A program made the position numbers and the translations under genes. A stretch of 64,000 nt of DNA from Amoebophrya sp. A120. Lineage: Eukaryota; Protista; Dinoflagellata. Numbering within the stretch: the stretch's first letter is position 1; each line of letters starts with the position of its first letter. The stretch is from assembly GCA_905178155.1 (NCBI GenBank), contig CAJINV010000021.1:850449-914448 (forward strand). The letters are read 5' to 3'. Positions 10,669-21,030 of the stretch are shown one piece after another. The notes beneath the pieces were generated by a model. The model saw only the letters and a list, made by a program, of their open reading frames with translations. It had not been told where the DNA came from and searched no databases.

Positions 10669-13600
10669 TCACTCGTTGCTTCCGACCCACTGAACCTGCC
10701 CCTCGGTGGAGCTCCACAACAGGCGTGCCTGCGTGGCGAACGCGTGGTCGTCACAAACGCCAAACATGTTTCCTACGTTCGCAAACCCAGCGGCGTTCAT
10801 TCCGAGCTGCGTTCGAAAGATCCTTTCCAGGAGCCACGCAGGACCCTCGGCACTGCTGATATGACCACCAATGGAGATGATCGAAGATCCGTCCGTCGCA
10901 GACGAACGAACAGTTTCATTTTCGTCTTCCGACATCCACGTCAAAACCGGCGGGAGCGCGAAGCACGACAGGCTCTTTTCGCGCACAATGGTCGCGTTCT
11001 CGTACCACGCACTCGGCCCCAGCGTGCGGTGCAGAAACGTGTTCGCGTGTCTCGGGCAGGGCAGCGTCAACGGACCCAGCGCGCAGTCGGCCAGCGGAAA
11101 GACGCGACTTTCGAGCGCAGCTGCGCTTGACAGGCGAATCACGTCAAGCTCGAAGCGGACGGAGCAGAGGTCGGCGATTCGGGTTTGGTTCGTGTGACAG
11201 AAAAATCCGTGGTGGATGTATCCCTGGAGAAAACCGCAGATCGGAAACTCCCACGCCTGTGCGACCTGGGCAACTCTTTCGATATGCAAGTGCACAAAAA
11301 TTGGAACCCCTCGTCCCCCTCATTGAGAAGGCACATAAATTGCATGTGCATCGGATACGATATAGTTAGCACCATTCTATTATTGCAGCCCATCTAGCCG
11401 TGTAGAAGCAGATAAGCATAAGATGAAATACCTACTGTTTGCATGACAAAAAACGGGAGATGAGTACCAAAGTCCACCAGGCCTGGAGAACTTGTCCCGT
11501 ACCAAGGCCGCGCTTCTGCCATTGAGATTGACTTTGTCGATGTTGCTAATGCTATGCATGACGCCTGTAAGAAATGCAAATGGGCGGGAGACGAGGGAGA
11601 GAGGAGGAGGTGCGTACAACTCTCATACTCGACAACCAGGGACCATAACTGGTCAGAATTATCAAGATTTTCACTGATGTCTCTATCGGCTTTTCGGTCG
11701 GTTACGGTTTCGGTTTCGTTTGTTTTTTCCACTTGTGAAGATGATGCACTGGCACTCGTACTCCGGTCGTGGTTAAGTACAACAGCAACGTCGAAATCGT
11801 GAATTCCCTGTATGGTGCTCCGGCCTCGCGAAAACACTTGCTTCGAATTGTCGTTCGGTATGTCGTACACAACAACTCGTGGAGGGTCAACGTCAACATC
11901 AGAGGTTCGGTGTTTATTCCTGGCTGTTTCAGTTTGTACTGCATGATCGAATTCTATGGGGGGACAAAAAAACTAAAGGAACCGAGAAGGGCACTTTTTT
12001 CGGGGCCACATATTTGGGCACTTTTTTTGCATTGCGGTTGGGCAGTCCGTCGCGGGCGCCAAAACAAAGGACATGTCCCGGCATTTCAGGCCGTTTTCGG
12101 GTGCCGCTTTCATCTCGAAACCTGTCAAAGGCGCCACGGCATTACGCCTGCAATAGAGTGCCCACAGGCATGGGGGGCTTCGACGTGGGCGAACCTACCT
12201 AAGGAGACAAGATGGCCGCTACGCTGCCCTGAATGACAACCCACCCGTGCGGCCGCCCTGCTGATCCGTCGGCAGCGAAAGTTTTGGCCCCCTTTTTTAT
12301 TCACCTGAAAATGTCTAAAGCGAAAAAAGATATACGACTTCGCAGGCATCACGGGGAGCTTGATAGAGTAGACCCGCGAAGGCCTTGCCTGAGAAAGTAG
12401 CTCACTCGGACGGGAGCAAGACCAATGGCGCGCGAGTCGTGTTGCGCTTTGGTTCGAAAATCCGGCTGCTCCTGGCAAAAAAGCGAATGGGCCGAGCGAC
12501 GGAGCCGTGGCTGGCGCGCTCCAAAAAAGCGCCGCGGCTAGCTATACAAGCGCGATCTTCCCAAGCCAGCCTGGACTCGCCGACCTTCCCAGCCGAGGCC
12601 GGCACCGAATGTGGGGAGGGATGAAAAACAGGAGCGCCACAGTGTCCTTTTAGTGAATATGCCGGGGGGTATGGCAAATATGTGGGGCTATACCACCCCA
12701 CATATTCGCAATCAGGGCGGCATACTGAATATTTGGGGTGGAGGGGGCCCGCATAGTCACTAAAAGGACTAAAAGGAGAGCAGCGCCGGCGCCAGCAACC
12801 GACGCGAGACGGAGACGAAGCCGACCTGTGGACGGGCCTCACAAAGCCCGAAGGCTTTTCAACAAGGCGACAACGCCGCCGCTGGTATGCTACGTGCGGC
12901 GAGCTGCGCGACGGATCAAAAACCACCCGCAGGGTAGGGACTGTATGCCCACGGGCAACGAAGACAGGTCGCGCGGCCGCCCTCCTTTTTGCCCCCGGCC
13001 AAGCCGACACACACGCGGAGCCCTTTTGGTTTTCGTGCGGGCGCCCCAAGCCGTAGCCGCCACGCCGGAATCGCCCCAAGGGCTAGAGCCGCCGGGATGG
13101 CACTCGGCTGTGGTTGAAGGTCACTCCGGGGAAATTGAAGAAAATCCCGCAGCGCCATGCTAGGCGCTCAATGCTTTGCACGTGCAAGGAGGGCAAACGC
13201 AAATCGAAAAGGTCGGCTTCACAGGAGGACGCCGCCGGCGCCAATATTTGTAGCGAGTCTGTTTAACAAGCCCCGTTACTTACTACATTAGTGGCGCCCG
13301 GCATCAGCCGAAACATACAGAGCCAGAAGCGCTGTGGGTGCATTTCTCATGGAGACACATGCCCTTTCCAACGAAAAGCGGCAACATGTTGCGCGCTACC
13401 TGAAGAGCAGCAACATGTTGTGTAATTCGCGAAACCTAAAATCCCCCCGAATATGTGGGCCCTGAAAAAAGGCCGCTCTCGGTTCCGCGGCGCTAGTTTG
13501 TCCCCCCATATCGAATTCTGCTTCTTTTTGTTCATCTTTTCCTCCTGGAAGCTCGAATTTCTGCATCCAGTCCCCGTACCGCAAGCTGCTCAACAGCGTA

Positions 13601-15866
13601 CCTATCCCCTGAAAATTAACCATCCCCATCCAATTTGTGATGCAAAGCATGTACGTAAGTTCTGTGTTTGTCATGCAATTGCAAAAAGTGGATGAGGATG
13701 GTCAATTTTCAGGGGATAATGCCACCGCGAATCGTCCAAGCCGTGATCATATCCTGTGCAAAAGCATCGCATTCGTATTGCAGTCATGCATTTACAAATC
13801 TTTTTTTTAAGTGGACAAATTTTATCTCTCGTGCTGAGGAAATTTGTAATGCACCATTTATACGAGTACGATACTTTTGCAGTTCATAGATCAGCTTCTC
13901 TTCGTTCTGCAAGTGGTCAAACAGCCGCTGCGCGTTCGCCGCAAACTCGATGACCTTCTGTCGGTTTGCCGCGAGAAAAGCGTCCACCCTCTCGACCGCC
14001 TTCGCTGGTCCGTGCTCTGCGGCAATTCTTTTCCACAGCTTCGGCAGGGAATGCGAACAAGAAGCATCGTTGCCGTCAGTATCCTGTCCTGGTACAACTT
14101 GTTCCGTCAAAGTACCAGACTTGTCTGCTTCACCCCGTCCTGTCTGACCGTCAACACCACTGCTATCATCCGTATGTCCAAGGAAATGTTTGGCAAACAG
14201 GGTCTGCTGCGACCTATAGGGTGTGGTAACAGCTTCGTGGTATTTGTGCAAGAGGACTGCGAAGGGCGTAATTTTGTCCACTTCCTGTCCAAACCAAAGG
14301 CTACTATGGGATGAAATCTGTGATGCTAATTCCCTGTCGTCGTATAGTTTTACGTGCGTGGACTTCGACGTCTCCGTTGTATCTTTGTGTCGCGAAGCTG
14401 AAAAGCCTCCAGCAACTATCGGTGTCGTCCTTCCGTCTGTCCTCTTAGGTGGCAGCTCTGCGTGTTCTGTTTCCAAATCTGGAGCTGGAGGTGGAAAGAG
14501 AACGTTGAGAAATTTCTGCTGCAAAAAAACCGCCCGCTGCTCTGCACTTTCGAAGTAGACATCATGTTGAATTTGAGTACTTCTATCCTCTTCTCTTTGT
14601 TTGCTGCCATCTCCTTCCGTTGTCGGCCCTCCCGCATCTTTTGCTCCTGCTCCTTGATGATCTGTGCTGGTCTCCGGATTAATTGTGCTACGATCATTGT
14701 AGTTCAACACTTGATTGCCGCGGTGCTCAAAGATCCTGAGCAAAGATAACGATGACCTCCAAGGTCCGCGTCTATTTGCCGCTCCACCCTCCTCGCCACT
14801 TCCTGCCACAACTGGCCGCGCAATTTCCCTCCAGGAGTCGACGTCCCCGCATCACGAGAAAAAAGTGTTACAGTTACACATTTGTTGGAGTTTCTGCATC
14901 ACAAATTTTCTCTGTGTGACAGAAAAAACTTGTAATGCGAAGATCATATATAAGGGAAAACCAAAACAAGAAGGAAACCCGGTTTCTAAGCATTTCCTGC
15001 ATGAGAAAGGTTGTCTGTATTGCCGGTCTTGCAACACAATGTGTAACTGTAACACTTTTTTCTTGCGGTACCCCTCCACCATAATTCACCGCTTCTGTGA
15101 TCTCCGCGTCGAGCTGGTGCGCTATGGCGTTCTCAAACGTTACATTCTCAACTGCTGCATAATTTGTCATGCAAAATGACCATGAGCCGCAAGACGACCA
15201 AGCTGCTTCGCATGACAAATTATCGAAGGGCTAGACAGCATCTAAATCCGTGCCAAATTTGTGATGCAGGACTTGCAAGCTTTCCCCTTTCCCTATTGCT
15301 GCTTTTGCATGACAAACGCATGTAACAGTTGAGAACGTAACAGTTGAGAACGCCATATGCGCAAAAAGATTCCGCAACTGGGTGTGACACTGCAACAGCG
15401 CCCGTAGATTGGTTTCTGCCGCCGCAAAACCCTCGACGTCGGTCGCGAGTTTGTAGGTGTCCCGCACGTGGGTCACAAACGTGTCGAAAAGAACCACGTA
15501 GGAAAGCAGCAAGACCACTACCGGGCAGGAACTGAACAGGTGAGCGGCCAGCTTGATATTTTTCGCTAGGCTTTCGTCATCGTCTGTTCTTGCAGTTCGC
15601 CGTGGTGTTCCCTCGCGTGCTGCGTTTTCCTCGTTTATTTCCACTGCAGCAGCCGCAGCAGCTTTTACACTTAAGTTTTTTGCGCCATCCGTTGCCGCCG
15701 CACCAGCTCTTGTGTATTGAAGATTGGTCGTTGTACTATCTATACTCAATTCCAAATATCCTGAAAATCTTGCAAGTCCTCGCTGTCCCATCATGCTGAT
15801 GAGCACATAATCCATCACAACCACAAGAAGATAGAAGCAATGTACTGTTGTACGCAGCCAGGGCAT
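10669..15866 (-). CDS. LicD/fukutin-family nucleotidyltransferase-like membrane protein; 7 exons, 6 introners
   Basis: Spliced product contains AWTIRGGMLLSSLRYG..IHDFDVAV..FELDV..VFPLADCALGPLTLPCPRHANTFLHRTLG..W, resembling the LicD GTLLGAVRH/DxD and C-terminal motifs; N-terminal hydrophobic segments; all six junctions are in frame. Confidence 0.75.
11283..11627. mobile_element. Introner family L (degenerate)
   Basis: TATGCAAGTGCACAA..CCCCTCGTCCCCCTCAT ... CAACTCTCATA; flanks TTCGA/CTCGA; removal gives VVE|RVAQ. Confidence 0.75.
11955..13510. mobile_element. Large (1556-bp) non-autonomous TIR element with 8-bp TSD inserted in a coding exon (hAT-like TSD length)
   Basis: TATGGGGGGACAAA...TTTGTCCCCCCATA, ~65-nt imperfect TIRs, perfect duplication TCGAATTC at 11947-11954 and 13511-13518; no transposase ORF recognised. 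Confidence 0.9.
13603..13718. mobile_element. Introner family K (TIR TATCCCCTGAAAATT.ACCATCC.CATCCA)
   Basis: Near-perfect ~30-nt TIR; decayed flanks GTACC/ATGCC. Confidence 0.85.
13750..13888. mobile_element. Introner family A
   Basis: Family A TIR; perfect duplication GATCA. Confidence 0.9.
14850..15070. mobile_element. Introner family I-like (TIR ..AGAAAAAAGTGTTACAGTTACACATT)
   Basis: Strong TIR with mutated ends CAT...GTA; flanks CCCCG/CCCCT. Confidence 0.85.
15123..15357. mobile_element. Introner family E (TIR TATGGCGTTCTCAA..GTTAC.TTCTCAACTG)
   Basis: Perfect duplication TGCGC. Confidence 0.9.
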
Positions 15867-15936
15867 CGCCGCGAACGCGGACAGCTACAAACATATGAAA
15901 GAACTCAAGATGAAGTTGTAAAAAAAATAAAGTACT

Positions 15937-16812
15937 TCAAAATCCTATACCATCCACGGCTCCAGGATTTTTGCTTCGTCCGTCACCGTCTCCATCACGA
16001 AATAAATCCTGGTCCTGATCGTACGCACTTCCGTCGTAGGGCCGCGAGCGGTGCCTACTCGTTCCATGTTCTCCTAAACTTCTTGAAGTCAATGTCAACC
16101 CCCACTCCTGCTCGGTCGAAGCCGAAGGGAAAACGGCTTTCGCTATTCGGAGCAGCGTTTGATATGACTGGTCCCGAACCAGCTGTGAGGAGAGCATTCT
16201 CGCGTGTCCCACTGTTCCTATTTCTTCATACAGCTTTTTACCTTCATTTTCATCTCCGTCTCCCCCAGCCGGAGGTGGTGAAAGTGCCTCGCGCAACAAA
16301 GAGCTCCATGACAGGTGCTGAAACCGTGCCAGCACGTCTCCGATCGTAAAAGACTTGGCCCCTTCCGCTTCGCCGGCCCCTTCTTCTCGTCCAGCCCTGT
16401 CCTCTGGCACATCAATCGTTCCACGAGATGAAGAAGTCGCGCACTGCAACACCGGCGCAGGTAGCACCCCAGGCTGTCGAATCGTGCTCTCGAGTCGTTC
16501 GCCTTCCAAAATTTGGTTGTAGGCGCTAGCAAAGCAAGTGTCAGCGGTTGAAGATGCCTCTGCTTCAGCAATATCGCCGTCTCTACTCCGCAGCATCCAC
16601 GGGCAGGCACTGAAACGGTACGGTGCACAGACGCGCCCACCACGCTTTGCTTCCGTTATTGTTTCATCTACATCCTCCTTCTCTTGAGCGCAAACGCCTT
16701 GCGGACCCCAGCAAAGCGAAAGCAACGCGAAAAAAGACAAATTGAAGAAACAGTGAGGCATCCTTTCAAGTTGCATGCATATTCTTTTAAATCTAATCTT
16801 CTTATTCTTCAT
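15937..16812 (-). CDS. Hypothetical secreted protein
   Basis: 291-aa ORF with signal-like MPHCFFNLSFFALLSLCWGPQGVCA and several Cys; start codon uncertain. Confidence 0.55.
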   Translation of the reverse strand: MKNKKIRFKRICMQLERMPHCFFNLSFFALLSLCWGPQGVCAQEKEDVDETITEAKRGGRVCAPYRFSACPWMLRSRDGDIAEAEASSTADTCFASAYNQILEGERLESTIRQPGVLPAPVLQCATSSSRGTIDVPEDRAGREEGAGEAEGAKSFTIGDVLARFQHLSWSSLLREALSPPPAGGDGDENEGKKLYEEIGTVGHARMLSSQLVRDQSYQTLLRIAKAVFPSASTEQEWGLTLTSRSLGEHGTSRHRSRPYDGSAYDQDQDLFRDGDGDGRSKNPGAVDGIGF

Positions 16813-17833
16813 TCGAAGACAGTTACTTACTATTGTAACGAGCCTCCAAATACGAGGACCACGCTTTGTCCAGAGACCGAAAAGTGTAACATACTTACAT
16901 CTTCAACTTCATACCGTCGTCACTCCATTGCTAATTTGGATCATCCACCGGGGGCGAACCTGCAAGCTTTTCTTCTTCGATCTTGGTCTGCGTGATCATA
17001 TCAATCAAGAAAGGGGTCCTGACGATCCTCGTTTGGGATATTGAACTTCGTATTTTGGGCCTTCGTTTTCTGCACGGACGTCGAGGACAGTCACGGCATC
17101 TGTCATCATCTTTCTTCGGATCGTCGCCAGCCGCAGAGAGTCGTCTGGTCTAATTGAAAAACAAAAACACTAAACAAGCGCATATCACGTGATTCCGATT
17201 AGAAAGATAGTAAAACTGAGAAGTCCTGCTCCTCATCCGGGAATAAACCAGAAGCGAGGTGCACACGTGACCACCGCCAACAAAGCTGTTCCCGGGGAGA
17301 GGCGCTGCAGTTGCAGCATGTTCTTGGAATTATGCGAGCGAGCAGGGCATTCTTAAGCAGCCGACTGCTACTGCGAGCTGGCTTCCTTGTAGTGTACTGT
17401 ACTTTAAGCACCTGCTTGCTTCGTGGTCGTTTTCATGGCGATATGAAATATCCAATCGCTCGCGTTTGAGTCAATAACTACTTTACATGTAGTTTCGCTG
17501 TGCGTTTCGCAGACAACAAAAGGAAACGGAAAACTAAAATTGCATATAGCGCATTTATGTACTTTAATTAGGGTTCGGATTCGGTATGCGTGAAGCAGAG
17601 ACTGAGACAGCCAATATCGTACAATGCATGCTACGTACTAGACTAATACTCATTTTTCGGTACGTGCGTACTGCGGGGCCGAGTTGGAAATAGTGATGTA
17701 CTAGACACTGCGTTTTGTCATGGTTTTTGCGTATCAAGTTCAAGTACTTGTGGTTTCCATCAAAAACGCGGTCAACGCAAATGCATTTCTTAGTCCGAAA
17801 TGAAACTCAAAACAAAAATAACTCTCCATCCCC

Positions 17834-20525
17834 TCACAAATCCATCACCACCTTAGACGCCAAAACTCGATCCCAGACGCAATCTCCCTCCACCTTTTCC
17901 GGTAAATAGGCCATCACGGTGCGCTATGCAGTGCAAAAGTATCGCACTCGTAGTACTAATTGCAGTCATACATGACAAATCTGGTTCCTTAGCTTATTCA
18001 GCATTTATACAAATTCCATTTTTCCTTCTGGAAAAATTTGAATGCTATTCCTATTTCTACTAGTACAATACTTTTGCACTGCATATACGCACATTGTCCT
18101 CCTTCGGCTTCGGGGGGTGGCGGAACAGTTTCAGTTCGTAATTCCACCGGCCCGAGACGCGGAAAATGCACCCGCGACTCTCGTCCTCGTGTATCTCGCA
18201 GCCGTCGAGAAAAATCCGACTGTTCGTGCCCGCATCTCGCAAACTTTCCGAAGTCGCCCGTCCTGTTCTGTCCTCGTTCTGCGTTCCTCCTGAAAAATCC
18301 TCTTCGTGCGCCAACCTTCTCCCGGCTCCGTAGGCGGCCGCGCGGGCGCCGGAAGGAGACAGGAGCGCATTGCACGGCTTTTTCGCCGCCTTCACGAAGG
18401 CAACCTCGCCGGGTTGCTTTTCCTCCACTATCTCGAACAGCAATTGCTTCATACGGCTGATCCCGTCCCTACTGACACCAATCAGGCGGAGCAGAAAAAC
18501 AAAGTCTAACACCGTCAATGGCGTCTCAGTCGCCTCGACATCTTCTTGGGAGGATGCTGAAGATGCTGGCCGCCCACTGTCGTCGTCGTGGTCTACTTCT
18601 GATGATGTCGCTGGCCGGCGCCGTTTGTTGCTATTTTTGCGATGGAAGTTCGTCTCGCTTTCGTGATTTTCTTCTTCCTCCTCCGTGGGCGTGGCCCGGT
18701 TCCGCTCCTCATACCGTTGCCGATACTGTCGGAACGCGTTCTCCACAATAGATGACCGGGATCTTCGCATGGGTAGCCGCGATAATATCGCCTGCTGCAT
18801 CGCTCGCGCGTCCTCAACGTAACCCGGTTCTTGCCGTGTGATATTCTCCTCTTCCGTGGTCCAAGTTGTTTCGTTCGATGACTCGTCTTGAAAGGAATCT
18901 AGTCGTGTTCGTGTTGTGGGTGATACTACATTGGAAGACGAAGATGCTGCACTAGCCGCAGCTGCATTGGATCTACTCTGCTCAGGCTCACCCCGCCGCC
19001 GCCGGTTCCTGACGCGAAGCTCGGGATAATCATGGTAAAAAACCGTGGTCGGCATTCGCATCCGGTTCTTGCGTCGCGCACAGCTCCTCGCTGGATCTTC
19101 CCCAAAATTGCTGCTGCTGTTAATGGTTGGACTAGTTCCTGCGGCGGGGGCGGGTCGCTGGCCGTTGCTGTTGCTCGTCCTCTCCTGATGATGTGCTGCA
19201 TCGTGATTACTCAGGGGCGGCCGCAGGTTGGCCTCGTGGTCTCCTGAAGATGCAGCATCAACAAAAGCTACATCGTGGCCATCAGGCTCGTCCTGCAAGA
19301 ACTCGGAGAAGCTCTGTGTCATCATCGAGCACCAACGGCAGAGGGACGAGCTGTCATCTCCGTAGAACCGCGCGAGCTGGCAAAGTAGCCGTTTCCGCCG
19401 GAGTTTTCCTTCGCGTGTGAAAGCGTCTGCACGGGCGCGGTCCACCACGCCAAGCGAATTCTTGAAATCCACAAAATTCGGGCGCCAGATCCACTCCGCG
19501 AAAATCTGGTCCGGCAGCGTGTTCAAAGCGTAGAAGTTTTTCTGGGACGAATTATCGTCTTGCTGGGGGTTTAGGTTTACGTTTATTTCGTCTGCTTGAT
19601 GCTCTGCTACTGGTACTGCTTCTTCTGGTACCACCACCACGACGTCGTGCTCTACTTTACCTCTTTCAACTACGACCTCAGCGGTTTCTTCGTCCTGTAG
19701 TCCTCCTTCCCGATGATTCTGATTCATCTTCATCTCGTGCTCGTTTTCCTTCTCGTTTTCAACATCTGAAGATGAAGCTACTTCTGCCTGATCTTGATGA
19801 TCTTCTTCGTCCTCATGCCTTAATTGCTCTAATGCGTCGTTGAGTCTCCGCGCGGACCCCCCAAAAAGAAGAGGCAGGGCAGAACGCGGCCTGCCGTGTC
19901 GCGGCCTTTGAATTTGATGCGCGCCGTTCGCCGCGTCATGCTGTTGTTCCATGGACGAGAAATCGGTATCGGACTCCACCTCATCGCTTTCGGAGGTTTC
20001 GGGCCCTTCATCTTCTTGTTGTGCAGTTCCCGAAGAGCTGCCTGCTTTCCTATTTGAACTGCAAACCAGCCTTCCCGTGGACGATACGACGTCTTTCGCA
20101 CCATCGAACGGCAATCCCCGCAGCATCGGGATCCGCCGGGGCGGGTTGCAAAGCCTCAAAGGGTAGAAGTTGCTTTTGCTTGTTACAAGCAACAATGGAT
20201 CGGTGATCATGTCACAGTTGTCGGTTGGGCATTCGCGCTCGACCACAACTCCACCTCCATGTAGTTGTTGATTAACATGCGCGAGAACTACACTTTCGTC
20301 ATGCTGGCTGCTGTTCCTGCCATCCGTCTCGCCGGCCGACGACGCCGACGCGCCGTCTTCAGAGAAGCTACTTGCTCTCACTGTGAGACCGTACCCGAAA
20401 GTGCCTCGAATTCGGTGGAGTTCCAGCAGCAATAGCAACATAAGTTGTCTTGGTCCAAGATGACCAGGGCGACCGGACACGAAAAGCGACGACGCACGTC
20501 GTTGCGAAGAGACTAACACACACAT
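17834..20525 (-). CDS. Hypothetical low-complexity protein with N-terminal hydrophobic stretch; 1 introner
   Basis: 826-aa ORF 18060-20540 continues after the introner as ..NVR|TVMAYLPEKVEGD..VMDL* (TGA at 17834-17836). Confidence 0.75.
17925..18085. mobile_element. Introner family A
   Basis: TATGCAGTGCAAAAGTAT / ATACTTTTGCACTGCATA; flanks TGCGC/TACGC. Confidence 0.9.
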
Positions 20526-21030
20526 GATTTTCGAATTCAAGAATCAAAATTCCAAGTCTTCCGTGGGGGTGGCACTTGGTCGCGCTCGCGCAGCATGTAT
20601 TTGCGTAATACTGCTAGTACTTCTGCGCCAGTAGAACAACTACGACCGACGGTTTGCGCTGCACCACTACACGTGGATACGGTGCTGATGCTATGACAGG
20701 CACATAGAGTCGTGGTCGTCTGGATTATAGATACGTCGGTAATTCATGATCATCTGCCCCCACTACAGCCATTTTTATGCTCGGTAAGGAAACGACCTTT
20801 TGGAAGAATCGAACAGGTTGAGGAGAGCTACGAGCCAAACCCTGAACCCTAGTACTTCACTGTTGCGTGCTCGTTGACAATGTAGTTGACTAAAGCGCAA
20901 ATTAAGTTTTTACATGTTGTCGCAAAATCGGTGCTTCTTTGCCCTTTCCCGTCAGTGCCCTTCGCGAAACGGAAACCTAAAGAACCACTTCCTGCTACAA
21001 GTAAAAAAAATATCATCTGCATCAGCACAC

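Noticed and set aside
12402-13079. 225-aa ORF inside the 1.56-kb element as a candidate transposase
   Set aside because: Arg/Pro/Ser-rich with no recognisable DDE, BED-finger or hAT dimerisation motif.
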